From the NCBI GenBank assembly GCA_049599895.1, contig JBMYPC010000094.1, positions 1 through 11,921 on the forward strand: DNA of 11,921 bases. The letters run 5' to 3'. The notes beneath the pieces are model-generated. The model saw nothing but the letters and a program-made list of their open reading frames with translations, searched no databases and was not told the DNA's origin. This document shows positions 1 through 6,501 of this stretch, piece after piece (position 1 is the stretch's first letter; the number at the start of each line of letters is the position of its first letter). Origin of the DNA: Bacteriovoracaceae bacterium. GTDB taxonomy: Bacteria; Bdellovibrionota; Bacteriovoracia; Bacteriovoracales; Bacteriovoracaceae. Position numbers and translations under genes: made by a program.

Positions 1-2
1 TC

Positions 3-746
3 TGCTTTTCTCATATTTATCAGAAGCAAGGTAAGTCTCTTGAGTTAAAAAAGGTAGCGGACTTTAACTCTGAAGTTATACGGATATTTGCTGATGCTTC
101 ACTTGTTGTGCAAACTTCAGATCGTCATGACTTAAAACTTAAAAAGAACGAAGAGTTTTATAAATTCAGCGGACAAGCGTTTAAACAAACAAAAAATCGC
201 GTTCTTCATCACGGAACTCTTCTTTGGGATGCTGATTTAGAGGTTCTTGATAGGCTTTGTCATTTCAAAGACCCTGAAGAGATTTCCTCAAAAGCAATTC
301 GAAGTCTCAAGTCTATAGTTTTAAATTTAAATTCTCTCGATTTGTTTGCTGAGACTCAAAGCTTTTCGAGCTATTTTTTTGAAAAATCCAGCTGGAAGTT
401 GGAGGAAATTAATATTAGGCCCATTATTAAGCAATATGAAGAGGCTATTATCCAAGCCTATGCTACGTATAAAAGTAAAGACTGGGTCTATGATCGAAAT
501 CCAAAATTTTCCATCAAGCATAGTTTTAAGGATGATGAAGTGATCTATTCCTTCAAAGGGGTTGAGCTAGTAGCTATCAAAAGCTCATTAGGCCGAAACT
601 ATAGCTGGTCATCAGGGCTTTTAGGTTTAAAGCTTATTCAGAATGATTTTCAAAAATTTTTTCATGATCTGAAAGAAAGCTCTAATGCTAGCGCTGAGCT
701 TAATCTCGTTCAGGGTTTTTTGAGTTATTACGTGTTGCGTAATTAG
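3..746 (+). CDS. lplA: Lipoate-protein ligase A family protein, 5'-truncated by the window edge
   Basis: The frame of the 108..746 ORF is open back to position 3 (CFSHIYQKQG...), so the true start is upstream of the window. LplA-like motifs: RHDL, KFSGQAF (conserved Lys), RVLHHGTLL, SKAIRSLKSIVLNL, and C-terminal YKSKDWVYDRNPKF. Confidence 0.85.
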   Translation, partial: CFSHIYQKQGKSLELKKVADFNSEVIRIFADASLVVQTSDRHDLKLKKNEEFYKFSGQAFKQTKNRVLHHGTLLWDADLEVLDRLCHFKDPEEISSKAIRSLKSIVLNLNSLDLFAETQSFSSYFFEKSSWKLEEINIRPIIKQYEEAIIQAYATYKSKDWVYDRNPKFSIKHSFKDDEVIYSFKGVELVAIKSSLGRNYSWSSGLLGLKLIQNDFQKFFHDLKESSNASAELNLVQGFLSYYVLRN

Positions 747-808
747 TGTTCGTTAGGCAGCAGTTAAAAGTTTAAGAATTAGTGCCAGATTCACATTTTA
801 GAGCTAGG

Positions 809-833
809 TTTCTCGAGAAATAGTCGCTATGAT
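809..833 (+). promoter_or_regulatory. Putative promoter region of the ABC operon: 12-bp palindrome plus -10-like hexamer
   Basis: Perfect palindrome TTTCTCGAGAAA at 809-820. TATGAT at 828-833 lies 6 nt before ATG 840. No good -35 and no Shine-Dalgarno. Confidence 0.4.
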
Positions 834-836
834 TCT

Positions 837-2579
837 TTGATGGAAGCAGCCCCCCTTCGGTTTTGGTATCAATTTCTTTTACGTCATAAAGGCACTTATT
901 TTGTAGGAGTGCTCTCAATTTTATTGACGGGTTTTACTCAGGTCTTTTCTACACGAATTACTGGTTGGATTATTGATTTTTTCCAAAAGACCAATCTTCC
1001 TGGCTTTTTAAAATTTAGTGAAAATTATGAGACTCAATTTCTTTTTCTAGTGGGATCATTACTCGCTTCAAGAATTTTGTTAACAGTTGGACGTTTTGGT
1101 TGGAGAAGGTTCCTTGCAAGGCTTTCTCACATTGCCGGTATGGAGCTTAAATTTAATATTTGGGACCATGTACGGTTTTTCAATAAACGTGACTTTCAAA
1201 CGCAGTTTTCAAAAGGCGTTCTGATGAATGCCTCAACGTCAGACGTAAACTCAGCAAAGTTTATCTTTGGCTTTTCTCTCGTGGCCTTTTTGGATGTTAT
1301 TATTCTTGGTATGACAACAATTATTGTGATGCTCACTATTGATATCAAACTGACTCTTCTTTCCTTAAGTGTTTTGGTTTTAATTCCTTTCCTTGTTCGT
1401 AAATTGTCAGCTCAGGAGATGGTTCGCTATGAGAAGTCTCAACAAGAGCTCTCTGTTTTTAACGATCAGGTGACACAATGTGTATCCAGTATTCGTCTAC
1501 AGAGAGTGACCCAAACGGGTGAGTTTTGGACGAGACGACTTGGAAAAGTAGCGGAACATTATCGTTTTACAAGACTTTTGTCTGTCTTTACATCTCTTAA
1601 GTACTTTCCTGTTATGGGTGGTGTTTCTGTTGCAAGTTACGTGGTTTTATTTTTTGTCGGGTTAGATTCGGTTTTTTCTGGTGCCATCACCGTTGGTGAT
1701 TTTGTGGCCATGCAAGGTTTAATCCTTCTTGTTCAAGACCCTCTTCTTGAACTTGGTTATATTATTTCGGACTGGAAAAGAGCGGGGACATCTCTTAAAA
1801 GAATCTTTGATATCATTGATCATCCAAAAGACGCTTCTCTTCTCAATGAACCTATTGAGCTTTCAATAGAGGATCAAGCTGTAGACGAAATACCTGTGTT
1901 TGAAGTGACTGGACTTACTTTTAACTACCCTCAAAATGACATCAAAATATTTAATAATTTCGATCTTAAAATCAAAAAGGGATCGAGGGTTGGTTTTATG
2001 GGGCCCATAGGCTCAGGCAAGTCGACTCTTGTTCAAATCTTAGCAGGTCTTGAAAGATCACATAAAGGTGAAGTTCTTTATTACGGTAAAAACTTTGATC
2101 AGTATCGGCAGCAAGAGCTTCGTTCATCTATGGCCATCGTTCCTCAGAAGCCCTTTTTGTTTGCTTCAACAATTAAGGACAATATCAATATGGATAGAGG
2201 CCTTGATGATGAAAGAATCTGGGATCTTTTGCGACTGGTAGAACTTGAAGAAGATGTGAAAGGTTTTGAGCATGGAATTGAAACTGAGCTAGGTGAGTGG
2301 GGGATTAATCTTAGCGGAGGACAAAAGCAAAGACTTACTATCGCTCGAGCATTATCAAGAGATGTCGATGTTCTTTTTTTAGACGATTGTTTGTCTGCTG
2401 TTGATACCGTGACTGAAGAAAAGATATTAAAAAATCTCAATCTTGAACTTAAAGACAAAACCATTGTTTGGGTTGCCCATAGAGAAAGTACCCTAAGATA
2501 TTGCGAGCAAATTATAGAATTTGAAAGCCTCGAGATAGAGGATTCTGGTTTAGGTTATGAGCAAGAATTACATACTTGA
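837..2579 (+). CDS. Heterodimeric ABC exporter subunit A (TMD+NBD; MdlA/BmrC-like); start TTG 837 or ATG 840
   Basis: Hydrophobic N-terminal TMD; Walker A GPIGSGKS, Q-loop VPQ, signature LSGGQ, Walker B FLDD (Asp replaces the catalytic Glu), D-loop SAVD, H-loop AHR. Confidence 0.93.
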   Translation: MMEAAPLRFWYQFLLRHKGTYFVGVLSILLTGFTQVFSTRITGWIIDFFQKTNLPGFLKFSENYETQFLFLVGSLLASRILLTVGRFGWRRFLARLSHIAGMELKFNIWDHVRFFNKRDFQTQFSKGVLMNASTSDVNSAKFIFGFSLVAFLDVIILGMTTIIVMLTIDIKLTLLSLSVLVLIPFLVRKLSAQEMVRYEKSQQELSVFNDQVTQCVSSIRLQRVTQTGEFWTRRLGKVAEHYRFTRLLSVFTSLKYFPVMGGVSVASYVVLFFVGLDSVFSGAITVGDFVAMQGLILLVQDPLLELGYIISDWKRAGTSLKRIFDIIDHPKDASLLNEPIELSIEDQAVDEIPVFEVTGLTFNYPQNDIKIFNNFDLKIKKGSRVGFMGPIGSGKSTLVQILAGLERSHKGEVLYYGKNFDQYRQQELRSSMAIVPQKPFLFASTIKDNINMDRGLDDERIWDLLRLVELEEDVKGFEHGIETELGEWGINLSGGQKQRLTIARALSRDVDVLFLDDCLSAVDTVTEEKILKNLNLELKDKTIVWVAHRESTLRYCEQIIEFESLEIEDSGLGYEQELHT

Positions 2580-4362
2580 AGATGAACAAGAAAGCGATAG
2601 CAAGCTTCGAAAAGAAAGTGACTTTAAGTCATTTATCAAGATTATTAAAGAAGCCCGCTTCTTTTGGAAAGGGTACGCCTTTTCATTTGCTCTCATTGGT
2701 ATTGCTATTTTCTTCATTTTTACATCGGCAAGGCTGATAGGTGAATTTGTCGAGTTTGGTCTTATGGCAAAAGACAAAGACCTCGCGATTCGTTTGGCCT
2801 CAATGATTATTGGCTGCGAATTAATTTCGGTTTTGTTTCAATGGGCCGGCAGAAGATCTCTTTCAATCTCTGCTTCAAAAACTGTTCTTCGAATTCGAGA
2901 AATCCTCTTTGCGTATCTTCAAAATTTACCCATGAAGTTTTATGACAGACAACCTCAGGGGCGAATTGTCACAAGAGTGACTCATGACATGGAAGGAATG
3001 GATCAGTTTTTTATTTCCACCCTAGGAAGGCTTCTCTCTGGTGGCTTTATGGCAACCTCAGCGATAATTGCAATGTGCTTATCCGATTTGAAGCTTGGGC
3101 TCATTCTTACTTCCTCTATTATTCCAGCGGGATTCTTTATTTACCTCACCAGAAATAGAGTTCGAGATGTGAATCGTAAGATGCAAAAAATGTCATCAGC
3201 AACAAATTCTAAACTTGCCGAATTCATCAATGGAATTGAAGTCATTCGAGTTTTTGGCCTAGAGAACTGGTCAAGGGATCAATACTCTAATGTTGTCGAT
3301 GAAAATCGTGAGGCGCACCTTGAGGCCAATTCTTATTATGCTTGGACAAGACCACTTCTTTCTTTTCTCTGTCAGTTGCCATTGGTTGGTTTAGTTTATT
3401 TTGGTGGAAAAGAGGTCATCGCTGGAACAATGTCAGTTGGTCTGTTTGTGGCCTTTATCCGCTATTGTGAAAGATTTGTAGGCCCTATCATGATGCTCGC
3501 AAGAGAATTCAATGTCATTCAGCAAGCAATGACTGGAGCTGAGCGGGTTGCCAGTTTTTTGGCCCACGATGAAGAGAATGTTGTTTTAGGTGAGAATGGA
3601 CAAAAGCTCATTGATGAAAACTTTAAGGGAGAAGTCCAATTTAAAAACGTTCAAATGAGCTATGATGAAAGTAAAAAAGTCCTAAAAGATGTTTCTTTTA
3701 ATATCAAAGCTGGGGAGAAGGTCGGACTTGTGGGAAGAACTGGTTGTGGGAAAAGTACCACAGTATCTCTTCTTTCAAGGCTCTATGAATTTCAAGAAGG
3801 GGATATTTCCATTGATGGAGTTTCCATTAGAGATTTTGATAGAGACTCTTTGCGATCCAATATAGGCTTTATCTCTCAAGACGTTGTGATTATAAAAGGA
3901 AGTCTAAGAGAGAATCTTGCTTTTGGCCATGGACTCAAAGATGAGCAGCTTTTATCTGCTTGTGGTGAAACGGGACTTTTAAAAGTAATGGAGAGTTCAA
4001 AACTGACTCTTGATTCTCATATTGTTGAAGGTGGGGAGAATCTCTCTGTTGGACAGAGACAGCTTTTGGCCTTAACCCGTATTTTTATTAATGATCCTAA
4101 AATTCTTATAATGGATGAGGCCACAGCGAATATTGATGAACACCACGAAGAGATTATCCAAAAAGCTGTACAAAAGCTCATGTCGAATAGAACATCTCTA
4201 ACTATTGCTCATAGACTTAAAACTTTAAAAAACTGTGACAGAATTTTAGTTTTTCAAGAAGGAGAGATTGTAGAAAAAGGTTCCGAAGAAGAACTGATGA
4301 GTCAAAAAGGTCTCTTTTTTAATTTACAGAAAAATTCAGAAGGTCTTCAAGAAATTCAGTAA
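2557..4362 (+). CDS. Heterodimeric ABC exporter subunit B (TMD+NBD; MdlB/BmrD-like)
   Basis: Overlaps subunit A by 23 bp. TMD motif FYDRQPQGRIVTRVTHD; Walker A GRTGCGKS, degenerate signature LSVGQ, Walker B IMDE, D-loop ATANID, H-loop AHR. Confidence 0.93.
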   Translation: MSKNYILEDEQESDSKLRKESDFKSFIKIIKEARFFWKGYAFSFALIGIAIFFIFTSARLIGEFVEFGLMAKDKDLAIRLASMIIGCELISVLFQWAGRRSLSISASKTVLRIREILFAYLQNLPMKFYDRQPQGRIVTRVTHDMEGMDQFFISTLGRLLSGGFMATSAIIAMCLSDLKLGLILTSSIIPAGFFIYLTRNRVRDVNRKMQKMSSATNSKLAEFINGIEVIRVFGLENWSRDQYSNVVDENREAHLEANSYYAWTRPLLSFLCQLPLVGLVYFGGKEVIAGTMSVGLFVAFIRYCERFVGPIMMLAREFNVIQQAMTGAERVASFLAHDEENVVLGENGQKLIDENFKGEVQFKNVQMSYDESKKVLKDVSFNIKAGEKVGLVGRTGCGKSTTVSLLSRLYEFQEGDISIDGVSIRDFDRDSLRSNIGFISQDVVIIKGSLRENLAFGHGLKDEQLLSACGETGLLKVMESSKLTLDSHIVEGGENLSVGQRQLLALTRIFINDPKILIMDEATANIDEHHEEIIQKAVQKLMSNRTSLTIAHRLKTLKNCDRILVFQEGEIVEKGSEEELMSQKGLFFNLQKNSEGLQEIQ

Positions 4363-4369
4363 AATGGAG

Positions 4370-5488
4370 TTAGGCTTGATTTCGATAGACAAAAGCATTT
4401 TCTCGTTCTTTATGAATGGTGGTTTCCCATTCTTTAACGATCTTCTTTCTATTTCTTTTATAGGTTGCCACACTTGAAAGCTCTGTAAAATGTTTTCCAA
4501 GGTAATAAGCAAGTGTTGGGGGAACAGCATTACCAATTTGTTTCCACTGTGCCGACAATGTGCCTTTAAACTCATAGTGATTAGGAAATGACTGTAGCTT
4601 GGCAGCTTCTCTTGCCGTTAGATAACGGTCCTCTGTTGGGTGGTAGTAGTTTCCTCTCTGGGTCATTATTGTAGGAGAAGGTTTACTTCTATCAAGCCTT
4701 TGATATTTCGCTTGTCTGAAACGCTTCTCTGGTAAATTTTCCCATTCTACATCAAAACGAAGGCGTTTTGGTAGCAGCTCTTTTTCATCTGCTTGATAAC
4801 GAATTCCTCTCCCTTCTGGAATATGCTTTAGTCTTTTAAGATCGAGAGAGTTTTTGGGGATCGCTGTTTCAATATTATGATTGAGAGCAACTCCACCTCT
4901 GCAGTAGATTTTCTCAATCACATCACCCACAGTTTTGGGCTTCGATCTTAATTTTGTCGGCATCCAAACGATATCATTAATCCTTGAACCAATGATAATT
5001 GTTCTTCTTCTTCTCTCTGGCACTCCGTATTCTTCTGAGGAGAGCACATTGAAGTTTAGGACATAACCTAAATCGGAGAAGCATTTTAAAATTGCATTGA
5101 GAGTTTTTTGGTTTTTCTTGGCCAAAAGCCCTGTCACATTTTCAATGAGAATGTACTCTGGTTTAAACAGCTCTACAGCTCTTAAAAACTGAGAGAACAA
5201 ATGATTTCTTTTGTCGTTGGGGTTTCCTGTCCCAACTGTAGAGAAGCCCTGACAAGGAGGGCCACCAGCAATAAGGTTCACTTTTTGCTTAGAGATTAAT
5301 GACTTGAAGCGTCGATTGCTAAGTTCTCTTAAATCAATGCAGATACCTTCTGCATCACGATGGTTATGGTTAAAGGTTTCAATGGCGTATTTGTCATAGT
5401 CAACGCCAAGAAGGCATTTATGCCCAGCGCGTTCAAGTCCACAAGAGATACCGCCAGCGCCAGAAAAAAGATCGATAAAATTTAGCAT
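4370..5488 (-). CDS. DNA (cytosine-5)-methyltransferase
   Basis: Motif I DLFSGAGG, motif IV GGPPCQGFS (catalytic Cys), motif VI ENV, motif VIII YGVPERRRR, motif IX RYLTAREAAKLQSFP, motif X QIGNAVPP. Confidence 0.96.
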   Translation of the reverse strand: MLNFIDLFSGAGGISCGLERAGHKCLLGVDYDKYAIETFNHNHRDAEGICIDLRELSNRRFKSLISKQKVNLIAGGPPCQGFSTVGTGNPNDKRNHLFSQFLRAVELFKPEYILIENVTGLLAKKNQKTLNAILKCFSDLGYVLNFNVLSSEEYGVPERRRRTIIIGSRINDIVWMPTKLRSKPKTVGDVIEKIYCRGGVALNHNIETAIPKNSLDLKRLKHIPEGRGIRYQADEKELLPKRLRFDVEWENLPEKRFRQAKYQRLDRSKPSPTIMTQRGNYYHPTEDRYLTAREAAKLQSFPNHYEFKGTLSAQWKQIGNAVPPTLAYYLGKHFTELSSVATYKRNRKKIVKEWETTIHKERENAFVYRNQA

Positions 5489-5530
5489 ATAAATTCAAAT
5501 AATAGTTAAGATGTTTAAATTACACACCTA

Positions 5531-5560
5531 ATTATCTGTATCCATTACTATCTCTGTCAA
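5531..5560 (-). promoter_or_regulatory. Sigma70-type promoter for the DNA methyltransferase
   Basis: Minus strand reads TTGACA (5560-5555), an 18-nt spacer, then GATAAT (5536-5531). An A-tract (UP-element-like) lies just upstream. The -10 ends 42 nt before ATG 5488. Confidence 0.7.
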
Positions 5561-5634
5561 CTTTTTTTAATGGCGGATAAACTTGTGTTTTTCTGGCGGC
5601 GAAATTATATGTGAATAATGGATGTTATTCACAT

Positions 5635-5811
5635 ATGAAGCATTTGCCATGCGTCCTAGGTGAAAATAAGATTTGGCTTACCTCGGATCACCATTTTGGG
5701 CATCATAATATTATCGAATACTGCAAACGGCCTTTTGATAATATTCATGAGATGGAAGACGAACTTATTAATAACTGGAATAGATGTGTAGGTAATAACG
5801 ATGAAGTTTAT
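5635..5811 (+). pseudogene. N-terminal fragment of a calcineurin-like metallophosphoesterase; the ORF runs on to 5856 in unrelated sequence
   Basis: KIWLTSDHHFGHHNIIEYCKRPF..EMEDELINNWNRCVGNNDEVY matches the family N-terminus (DxH motif). The expected HLGD is replaced by TASLAVSSSSSSMM, the antisense of the neighbouring gene. GNHD and the later His motifs are absent. Confidence 0.8.
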
Positions 5812-6434
5812 ACAGCTTCGCTAGCAGTTTCTTCGTCTAGTTCTTCGATGATGTAGAGATGGTTTTTATTAAAGCGAACATGACTTGTGATCAATTCTTT
5901 CCAGTGGCCCTCAGTATTTATTTGAGTCATGAAAATTGAGGTATTTTTCGCCTTCGTTAAGACCATGAGAATTTCTTTTAAATGACAAAGACTTGTCTCG
6001 TCGAGATGTTTATCAGGGTTTTCGAGAATAAGATAATCTGTGTTCCTTGAAAGGACTTTAAGAAGAGAAACCAGTTTACGGATCTCCGGGGTGACATCTT
6101 GAGGGAGAATATTCCATCTCGGTATCAATGAAAGGAGCTTATCAACAGGACCAGGGATCTTTTCCATTAAAAGCTCAGTTGTATTTTTAGGAAGTTTAGG
6201 AAATCGAGAAAATTCTTTTCCCTCAAGTTGCAAGTTCTCTTCAAGGCTTAAATTTGAAATTAGTGAGTCATTTTCACAGAGATGAGCAAAATCAATATTT
6301 TGTTTATAGGTTCGCCATTTGAGAAAATTTAAAACGTCTTTAAGTTGACTAGAGTTACACGGTTTAGATTCATTTTGAAACAAAATAATTTCTGAGAGCT
6401 GTTGAGTATTTAAATAACCTATAGGTTTATCCAT
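5808..6434 (-). CDS. Degenerate ABC-ATPase (NBD)-like protein, probably catalytically inactive
   Basis: SLISNLSLEENL resembles the post-Q-loop segment. LPQDVTPEIRKLVSLLKVLSRNTDYLILENPDKHLD aligns by eye with PxxLSGGQRQRVAIARALxxxPxxLILDEPTSALD. No Walker A. Confidence 0.65.
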   Translation of the reverse strand: MDKPIGYLNTQQLSEIILFQNESKPCNSSQLKDVLNFLKWRTYKQNIDFAHLCENDSLISNLSLEENLQLEGKEFSRFPKLPKNTTELLMEKIPGPVDKLLSLIPRWNILPQDVTPEIRKLVSLLKVLSRNTDYLILENPDKHLDETSLCHLKEILMVLTKAKNTSIFMTQINTEGHWKELITSHVRFNKNHLYIIEELDEETASEAV

Positions 6435-6441
6435 ATAAGTT

Positions 6442-6477
6442 TTTTCGGTAAAAACTTTTCTAGTATTTAGCTAAATA
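6442..6477. promoter_or_regulatory. Divergent promoter region: 14-bp palindrome and possible sigma28-like promoter on the minus strand
   Basis: Perfect palindrome TATTTAGCTAAATA at 6464-6477. Minus strand reads TAAA (6469-6466), N16, ACCGAAAA (6449-6442), 7 nt before ATG 6434. Confidence 0.4.
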
Positions 6478-6501
6478 TCTAAAATGAGTTAAAATAATAT
6501 T

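Noticed and set aside
327..543. Short ORFs 327..521 (-) and 346..543 (+)
   Set aside because: Shadow frames inside lplA with no recognisable motifs.
2050..2777. ORFs 2050..2241, 2144..2464 and 2568..2777
   Set aside because: Alternative-frame or antisense shadows of the ABC genes; the Ser runs mirror GAA/GAT codons.
4336..4575. 79-aa minus-strand ORF
   Set aside because: Out of frame within the MTase 3' end; no motifs.
4364..5808. ATGGAGTT (4364-4371) and ATGAAGTT (5801-5808) as a target-site duplication around the MTase segment
   Set aside because: Only 7 of 8 identical in AT-rich DNA; expected by chance.
4370..6434. MTase + phosphoesterase + ATPase-like gene as an intact defence system
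   Set aside because: Orientations are inconsistent with an operon, the phosphoesterase is truncated, the ATPase lacks Walker A, and no nuclease is present.
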